Shown: positions 11,158-23,952, numbered from the whole stretch's first letter. The stretch is 44,427 nucleotides of DNA, filler included, from Catajapyx aquilonaris (GCA_000934665.2; 2 parts of 2 records of this genome joined end to end with filler, not necessarily neighbours in it); one strand, 5' to 3'. The notes: a model not told the origin generated them from the sequence alone. Program-made: numbers and translations.

Positions 11158-14100
11158 TTAGTCATCATCAGCATCGGCTATGGCCAATATGGTTTTGAAG
11201 GAGAACGGAGCAAATGGATGGCCTGTACCAGCATAGAACTTGCTCTGGAATTCGACCCTGGGAAACAAGCACTGCTTTAGATTTGCACATCTCTAGCACA
11301 TGTATCCACTTACCAATGCAATCGTAGGGTATGGAGAAAGGCTGAAAGTCCCTCCATGATAACTAAAATGCTTATGGTTAGCACAGCCCAAAATGCAAAG
11401 ATTGGATACAGCATAACACCACCTATCCAAAGAGGTTTACCAAACCCCTGTGTCATGACCATGGTCCAAAGCACTTCACTCAGTTCTGAAAGAGTTGGAA
11501 TATATTTAAGTATATTTACAGTAAAAACAAACAATTTCCAACTCAGGGAAGAGCACTAGAAACTAATTTTCACTTACGGGCATGAGCCAGACTCAGAGCC
11601 CACAGTCGCAGGTACGAAGCCGTGTGAGATATTGACTCGAGAACAAACTCTATGGTCTGTATACACTGATGTATCCAAATCTCACCCATGTCATGCTGAA
11701 CCTCTTCTCCAGGAAGGGGATCTCCATTTATTTTCTGTTAAATATAGCACCGGTTAGTGTAATGTATTTGTCCTAAGAACACATGGGTTACATACTGCAA
11801 AACACCCAGTGTTGGAACAATAACGAATGAGAAGTGGCTTGACTAAAAGCATGAAGGGAATGCATGCCAGACCCACTACCACTAAAATTTGCTGCAGAAT
11901 TTCCTGTGAAGAAAAAGTAACGTTAGTAATAGATAAGTGCCAGCTTTTTGTTTGACTAGAATATATTGTGTTCACCTGGCCAGGAAACATGTATGAGTCA
12001 CAATCATCCAGTTTTGTTTCGTCCTTTTTGAAGAGAACCATGTTGATAAAGGTGATCAAAATGGAAGGTGCACAGCCTGGGTGCCTTGCCTTTACATCTG
12101 CAAGAAATTACAGTTGACTGAAGTTCATTAGCAGATGGATAAGTGATCTTTCAACTTACCAGAGCCAGCAGAATATACCACCCACTTGAAAATGATCAGG
12201 AATAAGAGGTACACAAACAAGCACAGCATAAAGAGGATTTTTGGAATGAATTCGCAGAAGATGTTTATGTACTTGCGATAATATCTGTAATGAACAAATT
12301 TGTTGCCTATGGATTTTGATTTTAAACATGTGGAGGAGCTTACATGTTGTTCCACATGGTCAGACAGATCCCAAACATCATGTGAATGACTCCAATGATG
12401 ACAGACACTTTCATTTTGTATGCATTGAGGAACGTGATTTTATTTGATGACAACTGGAAGCAAATTCATAATCAGTTGGTGTAAGTTGCAGCACTGCTTC
12501 CATGATACTCACCGACCAAATAGGATCGATTCCAAAAGGATAAGGTGTCTTGTCATACTGATCTGTAGCTGGATCAAGCATCACTTCTGATGACCCATTA
12601 GAATAGTCATTTGTCATGTTAGCATGCCAGTGTGACCCAAATATGTTGAAGGACTTAGAGAATAGGTCATTGTAGAGAATGCCCGTATATATAGAAAAGA
12701 ACCCCATGAGGAGGATGATGTAGCGACCACCAAACAACATTTTGAACATCTGGAAAATTTGTTTTGTGAGTCTTTATATAGTATACATATAGATACATAT
12801 AGATGCCCTAATGACTACTTACTTCACCCAACTTTTGACTGCCAATCTGTTTCTCCTTGAAAACCATCCAGCCAGCAAACAATGCAAGAATGAGTCCATG
12901 ACCACAGTCACCAAACATGATGGCAAACAAGAATGGAAAGGTTATAATTGTATAAGGTGTTGGATTCACTTCTCTGTACATAGCATGCCCATAGGCATCA
13001 ATTAGGGCTTGAAATCCCTTGGTGAACCGGTTGGTGCGATTGTAAGTTGGTGGTGCTTCTTTGGTCTCCATTTGGTTCAGAATAGGTGATACTGTGCCTC
13101 CACTGCGATCCTGTGATTGTGATTTAGTCAGTTATTTGTATGGCCAAGCTCCAGTCAATACTGTACATACTGTTCCTCTGTGCAGAGCATTCTGGATTGC
13201 AACTAAATCTCCCAGTGGTACCCAACACTCTCCAATCAAGCATTTTTGAGTCACATCAATATTGAAGAGGTTCAGAGTGTGGTATATGGCTTTAATTTTG
13301 CGCACTTTCACAAGCCAATTTCTCATGTTTCGAGATGCAGCAACCAACATGCGGCGTCGATGATCCTCAGTTTGATTCAGCACCTGTAAAAATGTTTGTT
13401 GTTACACAGCAATTTCTGGGTCACAAGGAGTTGACAAAAGTGTAACTCACAGTAGTGATGTCAACCAGACGAGTCTGGACCCCTTCAACCATGGACTGTC
13501 GCTCTGCAGGAGTATCTGGGCAAGGGTACAGAGTTGCCCTGTATCCTTCACAAATTTTTCTCACTCTGTTCTTAAGTTGCTCGCCTTGGAAGAAGACTAT
13601 GAAAACACACTTGTTGACCTTGTCACCCTGAAGACAAAATAGCAAAATGTGTCTTAGGCACTTAAAATGGACAAAAAAGCAAACAAATATACTTACAGTA
13701 ACAGGGTCTTCTAGAGGCACATTGATCTCAGCCTGGCGCATAAAGACATTGCCACGACAAACCCTCCATAGCATGCGTTCAAACCCATGCACTTTTTCTC
13801 GAAGAATCACACCAGTTACAAACCTATGAGAAATCATGTCTGTTAGCAGCATTGGCCAGGTATCTCAGTGCAAATTGGGTCTTACCCCAAATGCATAGGT
13901 CCACGGCCAACCTGACTTGCAAGTGTCTCATCAGGTAAAAGAGTGGTATTGTCACGATCAATGCTGGCATCACGCTGAAATTAAATAAAATAAGCAGTAG
14001 TCAAGTGATACGTTTTCAAACCTGATCCTTACCTCATCAAAGAATACATTTGCACGCATCAAAATGTGCTTTAGCTCTGTGAGTTCCAGGTGGTTTTTTT

Positions 14101-14449
14101 TCAAGGCCTCTGCATTATGGTTGACCTCTCGCAGTTCATTATCCATTTTTTCAAAAGTTGCCTGTAATGAAAATTTTCAAGTGACTATAACGGTACTGCA
14201 TCATGAGTATGGGACAGCCAGCTAGTGCAGTTCATACCTCCAAATCGATCATTTCCCTTGGTGGGGGAGCCTCCGGCAGTTCTCCTGTGTCCAGAATGGA
14301 AATGCCTTCTTTCTGGATCTCTGTCTCAATGAAGTTCAGCTTACGTTCCATTTCATCACAGCGTCGAATTTCATTAACAAATTTTCGTTGGAATGCATTT
14401 ACGTCTGGATTCATCTGTTGGAAAACCATTATCATCATTACTACTACTA

Positions 14450-14495
<46 letters not shown>

Positions 14496-14728
14496 ACTAA
14501 AATGTCTCAATCTGTAACACCGGTTTTCGAGAGCTCGTGAACTCTAAAAAAACTAGAAAAATTAATGCCCAGCAGATACTTTTATATAGAGCTACAAGCT
14601 GACCCGGCCAATGCTCCGCTATTTATTAACAACAGTATAGCCGTATTAGCAGAATTGCCAAACAGTATAATGACAGTATAATGGCCTTCTTCGTTTCCTG
14701 ATCAGCAAGATACTGGACATAATGTTTA

Positions 14729-14789
<61 letters not shown>

Positions 14790-17596
14790 GGCTGTTATTA
14801 TTTTACCCCGTGATACAACCCTAGGCCGTTATAGGGGGTTGGCAGACCACCATACAGTTTTCTAATGGTTTTTATCTTCAAACTCCGGTGCAAAGATTAC
14901 TAGGAAATGGGGTAAGGGTTGGGGGGTTTGGGGAGGGGACACATGTGCAGGTGCATTGTCCAGCGGTGGGCCAGGTGCAGTCCCCCAGGAGGTCAGGTTG
15001 CCAAGACGCCTCCTCAGGCGCGGGTCACGACCCATTGACGCAAGCGAAAGGTGTGTTCCCGGGTGGGGATTTGAACCCGGGACCTTTCGCATAGCAAGCC
15101 GAGACGTTACCATCTGGGCCATACTGGACATAATGTGCTGACTACATAACGCCTCAGACCAACATGGCAAGCTGCCGAAAAGTTATAACTTACAGTGTGT
15201 TTCAGAGCATTAAGCAAACTTGTAGCTTATACACGCGAGCCTCAATTGCCTCTCCAAGGCTTTAGAGGAAGGTGGGGGTAATGACGACCAAAGGGTGATT
15301 ATTCCTCTTGCCTCAATGCCTCAAATTATGTATAGACAATATGGATTGATTCTGATTGCGGATACCTATCTCCTTGTTTATTATGAGAGTATGAGAAAAA
15401 TGACTGTTACAGTGTGATCAGGAAAGATGCAGCGTGGAAAAAGTTTTTTTTTTCCATTCACATTTTATCATTTTTCTCACTGAGATCTACCGTTACGTCT
15501 ACTACATGGTTGTATAATTTACATCAACGTCATTTTCATACAGAAAGGGTATTTTATTATGTAGCCTACAGTTTGGATCACTTTGGCGTTTTCACTTTAA
15601 CGCTTGAGGTGGAATTGCATGTTTTCTCAGTGTTTTCTAATAAAACACATCACTGTCCACCAAGAGCGAACAAGTAACAACTGAGCTCTTGGTCCACGGA
15701 ATAAGTTCATCAAAGGGGCGGCATTGCTCCACGGATTTCAAATGATAATAGGTTGCAAAATTAAATCTTGCATGTACAATTTCTTGTTAGAATCATATAA
15801 ACTTAACCAAAAGGCAAAGTTCCTATTGTCATTAGAAAGAATGCAATAAGCATAATTAAACTCTAGGAGAAAATTTAGGACCTTTTTGGGGCGGTTATAT
15901 TGCGCTACAACCAGAGTTATTCAATCATTCAGTAGTTAATATAGCATGTCCTATTTGTTTCCAAGTGCGATGGGATACATTATATGCTATCAAATTCTAT
16001 GATTTTAGCAAAGAAGTGGGGTCAATTGATGCCTCATATGTCGAATTAGTTCGTATCCATATAGAAATTTATTCGGAACTAGATTATCGGAATTTTGAGA
16101 AATAAAATTTGCGCAATGACAGCCTGGATTTCTGAGAATCCAGTGGACTTGTTTTCATGCGTACACAATCAATAGACTACTAAGTCAACAAAATATTTTT
16201 CGCTGAAGTGGGAGCCATTTCTCCATAATCCCATTTGAATACCCGTTAAATGTGCTTTCCAATGGTGTTAATATGGTATAACTCAGGCCCAGTTGTATCA
16301 GAAAATCTCTAATATTACGTATAGGTATTCACAACACAATCTGATGTAATCGGAGATTTTCTCCCTAATTTGTCTTGATACAACCGGCCCTCACCGCTGC
16401 ACTTGCGGGCGAGGCGCCTGAAAATAACATTCGCATGATTTTATGGATAGCTACAAGGTCAGTTATGAATCAATCATTGCTCTACTGTCCTGCCGTCTAC
16501 TTCCGTAAATCAAGGTTGATCTACACTCGTGCCGCCCCATGTGACATTTGCACTGTCCTACCTTTCATAACAACCATTATGACCCAATCTGCTGTAGTAT
16601 ATTCTCATTTTTATCAGGTTCTTATCTCCTACTGCTTCAATCATAGGTGATTAGTTGCACTCACATTTCGTAACTTGCGTGAGGATCAGCTAGGCTTTAT
16701 TTTTCCCTTTCGCCTCCAGTAGAACGATAGACCCTACATACAGTTATTTTGACGACTTTTTCAGTAAGGAGGAAAAATTACATGTCCAAAATATGCCCCT
16801 TGTCATAAATATGACACACTATATTGTAGGAGCATGCTGGGTGGGTAATACGGCAAGCCTAATCCACAAAACTGTTCGTAATAATGTGTATGGAAGAGCG
16901 AAGAACTAGTTATATTCAAAAGGGTAGAATTTTGCGGATAATTTATTGAGACTTTTCAAATCTCAAGTCATCGTGTGCAATGGGATGGTAAGTATTTTAA
17001 ACACATTATAAATCCGTTGGGATGATCCCCAATCTACAAGCCTCCCAATTGTATTCATCATTCCTCCGGGTTACCACTGACGCGGCAAGGAATTGCACTC
17101 CAGATAATTATCTAGGTCAAAATACTCTTAAGTGTGCTCTCAATCTTGCTAACAATCCACTTGTTCCAAATATGCTGCAGCGATGTAGGTTGTTGCTCAT
17201 CTGAAGACCGCATCAGAAAGTATCTTTTGGATTCAATATTTTTCCTATTCTAATTTTGAGATGGACTTTTCCAAGTCCTAGCCTGCGTCCCAGCCTGAAA
17301 CTGAGAGCTGAATACGTGCAAAATTTTTAGCAAACTATAGCACAGGTGCAATACCCACGGGCCCCACGTCTGGCAAAGATTGTAAATGGGCGTGAAATAC
17401 TACCGGAAATAGTGATAACGCGCGTGTACCTCCCATCGACCTATGGTAATTAAAATTTTCAAACCAGATAAGAACTTACATCTCTGAACTCAACTAGCCC
17501 CAGCTCTCCTAGTTCAGCTACACTGGAATATGCCGCTTCGTTTTGGATGAAGAGCTGGCACAGGGCCATCTCTTCACTCCTGAAAAGCGCACCCAT
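11158..17596 (-). CDS. ATP6V0A: V-type proton ATPase V0 subunit a (116 kDa/Vph1/Vha100 family), 16 coding exons, 815 aa
   Basis: Exons 17596-17480, 14414-14238, 14161-14033, 13974-13886, 13823-13697, 13627-13451, 13383-13171, 13110-12823, 12749-12513, 12453-12344, 12284-12160, 12097-11976, 11903-11796, 11734-11578, 11485-11314, 11257-11158 total 2448 nt with consistent phases. Motifs: [94 protein letters not shown]. Specific paralog not assignable. Confidence 0.97.
14440..14495. repeat. Compound (CTA)n(CTG)n microsatellite
   Basis: Direct reading; lies ~25 nt from the V-ATPase exon 2 acceptor. Confidence 0.95.
14726..15120 (-). mobile_element. tRNA-derived SINE with (AAT)n tail in V-ATPase intron 1
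   Basis: GGCCCAGATGGTAA..GGGTTCAAATCCC head; (AAT)n tail 14726-14800; perfect 16-bp TSD ATACTGGACATAATGT (14710-14725 / 15121-15136). Confidence 0.85.
16286..16390. mobile_element. PIF/Harbinger-like MITE
   Basis: TIR GGCCCAGTTGTATCA / TGATACAACCGGCCC; 3-bp TSD TCA. Confidence 0.65.
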
Positions 17597-18204
17597 TTTT
17601 TGGTCAATGGGCAAGCCAGCAGGCACCTCGGGACACAATAAGCAGATCTATTCGCCAGACACCACCAAGCAGCGTCAACCAGCAGAAAAGGTTGGATAGT
17701 GACTGGCAGTGACACATCGTCATATTCATTCGGTGGGAGGGGGGTGGGGATATTGTACTAGTACAATCGCTATCTAGATAGACAATTCTCGAGATTATGT
17801 GCTCACGGGTCCATCGTGTTATCGCTTGCGTGAATGGTCCCATTTCACATGCCTGGAAATACCCACGTGATGACGACAATGGAGCCACCGTGCTCTTCTG
17901 ATCCACACAGCAATTTGGCAAGAGAGGCATTCAGTACAAGTACCGACTGGCACCGTATTGTACAGTACCTGTCCCAGATATGCAGGGTGTCCATCCTCTG
18001 CCCAAGATGACGATCCGGAACATGGGGTATACGGCCGTACGGGGAAGAGTTGATGTAAATAAAGTGGAAGGCATGCTACGAATAAAAATAGTCAACCTTT
18101 GTGCTGAGTTTGGTCTGGAGTTCGAAGCTGACCATGAGAACTAATCCATCAGCTTTTCATGTCCCCCATCTTTGGATCGTCAAATTGGGTAGTCCTCCTG
18201 TCTA

Positions 18205-18611
18205 CAGGGTGTTCGATTTAAAATATTATATTAGTGGGTAGCGATTTTTTGGTACTAAGAAGCAGTGTGGTGGTTAATGGTTATCAAATGCGTTAGCTGC
18301 TAATGTTAGGTTGCGTGGGTCCATCTTTTTTAATGCTTGCAAGGGGGTCTGGCACGCAAAATAACAACAACAAAAAACCACGTTGATCAGTGGCGTTCGA
18401 TGCCAATTGTTTCAATGTGTCATTGGCTCATTGCCAATGATCTAAAATTCAATTCAATTCATAACTTCGATCGCTGATTTAATTCAGCATAATATTAGCA
18501 GTTAATAACTTTGACAACCACTAAAAGAAATTACCGCACCGGTACTTCAAAATAATCAGTTAGTGGCAAACAATCTCTGTCCGCTACTTTCATTTTAATT
18601 GGAACACCCTG
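18205..18611. mobile_element. Tc1/mariner-type MITE
   Basis: TA|CAGGGTGTTCGATTTAAAAT ... ATTTTAATTGGAACACCCTG. Confidence 0.65.
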
Positions 18612-20365
18612 TGTACGGGACATGTACTTGTGATGGCCGCACGCCATGTTAAATCCAAGGAAATTAGGATGATTGAGAGCATGACCTTTTTTCAGGCTGC
18701 CGTGCATGTATCTCAAAGTCGATCTATCTGATGGGATCAAATGAAGACATGCCTGTGGTGTAAATCAATGACTGGTTTGCAATGATACCGTAATATACGT
18801 AGCCCGTCACTGCTTTCCGCGAGAAAACAGGATGACACGAAGTTACTGCAACCAGAGAGAGTATTCATGTCACAAGCCTTTAATTGTTAATGACATTGTT
18901 GATATTGCCTAAAGCAGTATTGATGTCATTGTGAGATCAGTACTCTCCTCTGGTTGCAGCAATTGTAACAATTTACCTCCAGGTGCTGTATGAGATATCA
19001 CCACCGCAATCGTACAATAATGTACTATATGTATATAATTATAGTGTTTAGTGTTTACGTGATGATTACGTGATAAAATGAAAAATAGGGCTTGAAAAAA
19101 AAATCCCCTTCGTGTGAACAAGATGCAGTTGCAATACCTGATGAATATTCTAGTTACAGGCTTAACCTTGAAAACGAAGACAGTAGTGTGCATTCGCAAC
19201 AGAGGTAATTGTACCCCGGGTGAGACTCGGGGTGAGATACCAGAGGGCGTTTCTCGTTAGCGTAGGCTATATTTGTATTTTGATTAGGACTGGTTCAGTA
19301 TTTTTTCTTTATCTTTTCCGCATAAAGAGGTGACATTAAGCAAAAGGAACATACGGCACATACAGCACACAGTGCAAATGCCTGCTAACGCATCTCGCCT
19401 CTCCTCTTCATATTGTGACGTAGGGTTATGAGGTGTACCATTGGAAATACAATTAGCCTTACAGTAACCCCTCCCCCCCATCGCAGGTTTTTCCTTGTTA
19501 CGTCGTTAGTAATTGTTGGCTAGTGGGGGTTTTTTTTTAACCTGTAAAAGGAAGCCTCGTGAGTTTTTTTGTATTTTTTATTTGTTTATATATTTTTTTT
19601 ACATTACGAGTTCGGGGCTCCTAGTCCTAAATGAGCATAAAATGCTGGCTTATGTACGGCACAGTTTGTTCTAAGTATTGGGGTCCTTTCAGTTATCACA
19701 AAACGCCAAAAGCTGTTATTTCATGTGTATCTTTTTGCGTCCCGACCACGGTCCCGACCGAAGTACCAAATTGTTTGGTCGAATGTAGCAGCTGCATAAT
19801 ACCGGCATTATTATCATGCTAATGAGACGTAAGTGATATCAGTAACTTAGGTAAACTAATAACTACGATACGGTATTGATTCTTGATGGTTTTCAAGAGT
19901 GAAAAACATCACCTGTCTGGAGATGAAGGCTCTTCCACACGATTACCCTGTCCTCAATGCAAAATATTGCCCAAAACGATGTGTTATAGGAAGTACCCTT
20001 CAAAATGTTTTTGTGTGGAGGTGGTATTATTATTATTTTTCTTTTGTGCCAATTCTTATGAATTATGTGGTATAGGTAGCACTACTCGAGGATGGTTTTT
20101 AAAAATAAAAACAGAGCAACATCTACTGCAACATGATGCCGTATATTGACTATCTGATAGGAAATATGAGATTATGTATCGCCGCAGTGTATATTTCTCA
20201 TGTGCACACTGGCCTACATTTCATGCACAACATGGGTAGCAATATCTTCTGCGAGCTCCTTCAGAGTTATGTAAGTTATACAGAAAATCAGAAATCCTTC
20301 ATAGCCACGTTGGGAACGGAGCTCGGACCTGTGCTTTCTGTCGGCATTCGTGAATCAGGCACATC

Positions 20366-20717
20366 CAGCTCCGGATTTCCCATTAGGCACAGTAGGCACT
20401 GGCCTAGGGGCGGCCGCGAGTTGCAATAAATATTTTTCAAATACAATAATAGGAAATAAGGGCGAGATCAGAAAATAACCAAAATTTTGAGGGGGCTTGA
20501 TTTACCACTATACAAGTAGGTACAGGCAGAAAAGGTAGCCTAATTGCCGAAAGGCGGCCATATCTTACGCGGCTATAATTTAAAAATAAAATAAAATAAA
20601 ATAAAATAAACTAAACTAAAATAAAATAAAATGAAGGAGAGAACACAAGAAAAAAAATTGAATTTTGAAGCGCCATGAGGNGGCCTGGGGGGGGGGGAGG
20701 GGGTAAATCCGGCGCTG
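20366..20717. mobile_element. hAT-like MITE
   Basis: TIR CAGCTCCGGATTT / AAATCCGGCGCTG; perfect 8-bp TSD GGCACATC (20358-20365 / 20718-20725). Confidence 0.85.
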
Positions 20718-21259
20718 GGCACATCGCATCGTGTAACATGGACTGTTTTACGGCGGATGAGATGCCATTGACTCAGAGGAGGACCATACCTGACCTGCCA
20801 ACAGGGAGCATGTCTCTGATACCACCAATTTTGAAAATGACATACTGGTACTCTGACATCAAATTCCCGAAACTTTCTATCTTTGAAAGCCAGTATTTCC
20901 CATTTTCATGCAGATCCTATACAAGTATTGTGATGCCCCACCATGCTGCGTGGGTCGCCATGACATTTCATTTGCATCTAATAGCCCTCTCTGCCGCCTC
21001 CCAACTCCCCTTCTATTGCGAGATGTGACCTGCCTAGCACCCGAGGTCATCACGCACTCCGCCTGAACCCGCGAAAGGTCCAACCCAAGGCATGTAATCA
21101 ATCCACTATCCACTAGCTACGTATGCACAGTACTGCACAGCTACAATAGTATGGGAAAAATAATAATAATTATTATGTTCTTACCTCTAGAATTCCCGCA
21201 GACGGGCAGGTCCCACTACCTCCATTTCAGGAGACCCACTAACCCTTGGCTTCTCCATA

Positions 21260-21602
21260 AAATAACACGGTGTCACACATTATTGTCCACATTATTGTCC
21301 ACATTATTATGAGGTCCCGTCTGGTTCGCCAGCGACGGTACTCTCTTCCTCGAGCGGTCCTCGGACCTGACTCGCATTTCTTGGTCGGACGGGGTGCTTG
21401 GGAGAATATCCCACCCCCGTCCCTGGGTTGGACCCGGCATTGCAGTACAGCCGGGGCCAGCCCTCCTCTCCCCCACCCTTCTCACCCACCCCTACCTTGC
21501 AATCCCACTCCTTCCTCTCCTACCCCCGGCTGCCAAGGCTCGACTCAGACAGAGCCATACAAGCTGGGTAACCCCTTCCTACCAACCAACCAACCAACCA
21601 AA
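21260..21602 (+). mobile_element. Short non-coding retroposon with (CCAA)n tail
   Basis: Flanking direct repeat CCTTGGCTTCTC(C/A)ATA (21244-21259 / 21603-21618); 3' stem-loop CCCGGCT..GGCTC..GAGCC..AGCTGGG; tail 21580-21602; no pol III A/B boxes seen. Confidence 0.75.
21311..21397 (+). ncRNA. Candidate HDV-like self-cleaving ribozyme (possibly decayed)
   Basis: Manual fit to P1/P1.1/P2/P3/P4 topology with L3 TCCTCG, GG after P1', and C21386 in J4/2; three deviations from consensus. Confidence 0.55.
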
Positions 21603-21715
21603 CCTTGGCTTCTCAATAGAGCCCTCTTGAAATTGATAAATATTTTTTAAACAATATAATAATAATAATCAAAAATCAAAACTGATGGTCATACGCCACG
21701 AGTATAGGCTACTAT

Positions 21716-21826
21716 CAGGGATGGAAAAAGAACCGCTTCTTTGGGCGGTAAGCGGTTCTTTTTCTATCCCTGCACATGGAAAAAAGAAGCGCTTCTTGGA
21801 AGGAAGCGGTACTTTTTCCATCCCTG
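21716..21826. mobile_element. hAT-like mini-MITE made of two tandem hairpins
   Basis: TIR CAGGGATGGAAAAAG(A/T)ACCGCTT; perfect 8-bp TSD GCTACTAT. Confidence 0.85.
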
Positions 21827-22121
21827 GCTACTATGATCACGCGAGATTGAAAACACGATGAGTGATGCCCTCTTTTTGCTATGCGCGATGTGGACCCGCA
21901 TGTGTGCACTTCCTCTCATACCCAAATTGCTATAATGTAATAGCAAGGTAATAGTAATATGACAAAATTGCTGTAATTAATTTTGCCCATATTTCGGCAC
22001 CATCACGGAATAGTAATTTCATGGTAGCTTTAATTGTGTCATACGCGCAGTTTATTCCATCTCACACCGCCCATGCTACATGCAGTGGCGTAGGCAGGGG
22101 GAGGGGGGCAGCCCCCCCCCC

Positions 22122-22221
22122 NNNNNNNNNNNNNNNNNNNNNNNNNNNNNNNNNNNNNNNNNNNNTTAATTAATTAANNNNNNNNNNNNNNNNNNNNNNN
22201 NNNNNNNNNNNNNNNNNNNNN
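22122..22221. other. Assembly gap with artificial linker
   Basis: 44 N + TTAATTAATTAA (22166-22177) + 44 N = exactly 100 nt. Confidence 0.95.
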
Positions 22222-22313
22222 TTTGGGATGACAATGGGATGAACCAGGGATGTTCGGCTGGGACGTTTGGGACGTCCTGTGCACATCCTTGGGAGCAATT
22301 TGTGTTAGCTGGG

Positions 22314-22529
22314 GAGTTCGATCCCCGGATCGCACATAGGATATTTATGTGGATAGAGTTTCAATGGGTTCTCTCCGTGTTCGCGTGGGTTTTCTCGAGG
22401 TTCTCCCATTTCCTCCTGAAATCAAAATCCATCACAGCACAGGCAATGATTAAAGATAGGCAATGATTAAAGATGGTCAATTAAAAAATGATCCCCTAAA
22501 AAGCCCAAGGAGGCTTATCACGGGGTATC

Positions 22530-22576
<47 letters not shown>
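22314..22576 (+). mobile_element. Second copy of V-domain-like SINE with (ATT)n tail; head interrupted
   Basis: Matches the reverse complement of 3837-4035 from the B-box onwards; preceded by a ..TGTGTTAGCTGGG DNA-transposon-like end at 22313. Confidence 0.85.
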
Positions 22577-22578
<2 letters not shown>

Positions 22579-23952
22579 ATTATATATTAAATAGGTCTTT
22601 GTAGCTACAGCCTTCAATGAAATTGTATCCAGCAATCGGATTCACACGGCTTGGTTGACTTTGTCTTTGAGTCGACGTTGTTTGGATCTATTCCAATCAC
22701 CGCAGGTCGCCCCCATCCTTGTCATTGTCTTTGCATGTGTGAACCTATCACATATCAGCCTGTTTCTACCAGAATTATTCCAAGTTGTGACCTTTATAAA
22801 ATTTTGGACTCCCAATTCGCCTGTGAAAAACTTACCAGTCGGATTGAAGGCCATTGTTGCAAGTGCACTTATCAATCTCTGTCTATCTCCGCCCAAGTGT
22901 CACGAGGCAGATGTTCACGCGCTCTGAGGAAATACAAAGCAGGTTATCAGAAAATGTGCTTATCAACCATTCTTCCAAATCTGAACAGCATTCCATTCCC
23001 ACGTTATTTGGTATTCCCGAATTAACCCCCCAGCAACTGTCTCTTTAATTAGGTGACTAAAAATACATGGCCACAGTCCTTTTAACGACCTTATTGTTGT
23101 TTTCCCCCCTCTTTGCCCCCTATGATACACTGTATTGGAAGCAGAGCCACACCCGACCTATTCTATTGACCTTCATTTCTCAACTCAACCAGCACATAGA
23201 ACCCATAGTAAAAAACATGTCTTGAATACACATGAGTCAATAACTTGTTTGCCCCACGGCCGCTTAGGGAAATTCTACGAAATGTATTTCGCAAATCTCA
23301 CGTTGTCCACTGGTTTTGCATTCGAAGAAAGAAAGAAAAAATGGTACGGTCATATCGACTCTGTATGCGCGTGTTGTTTGCGGGGCTTAGCCGCCGAATC
23401 GATGTGTCCGGACAGCGCGGTTTTTGCGGAAAAGTAGCCTGGCACCTCTCCAAAAGTGCACTACTGCTTCAACATTTCGCAGCACAAGTCAAATCGAGCG
23501 CCACCGTCGTCTGTACCGCACAGTCTTCACCTGCCTTCCTACACTGGGGTATGTAAGTATATTTTGCAACAATGAGAGCAAGGACATGGTGTTGTATCGC
23601 GCCATATTGAGCCCAAATTGATCAGACCTTGAAATGTCTATCGGTACACGTGCTTGTGCGAATCGCGTGAACCTGCGTGACGCGTGACATACATGCGTTT
23701 GGTGGTCGAAACCGCTGTTCCAAGGACGAGGTGAGGCAAGGTTGCGGACACCCTTGTTATCTAACCATCCTCTTGGCCAAATATTGACAGCGACCTAGTT
23801 GCAATTTGTGACCTAATTGCATTTTGGCCCCGGATTCATTAGGACAACACCGGAATTTTAGAGGTCGGTTCTGTCCAACAATTCATTCATATCAAATTCA
23901 TCTGAATGAATCATGCCACATGTGCGGGTTTTTTCTGCTTTGAGGTGCGATA

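Noticed and set aside
22166..22177. TTAATTAATTAA island inside Ns
   Set aside because: Symmetric 44N/12/44N all-frame-stop linker; an assembly artefact, not biology.
22642..23048. Overlapping 64-124 aa ORFs
   Set aside because: No recognisable motif or convincing splice structure.
23370..23553. Possible non-coding first exon of the SLC16 gene (donor-like GTATGT/GTAAGT at ~23549-23558)
   Set aside because: Plausible but unsupported without transcript data.
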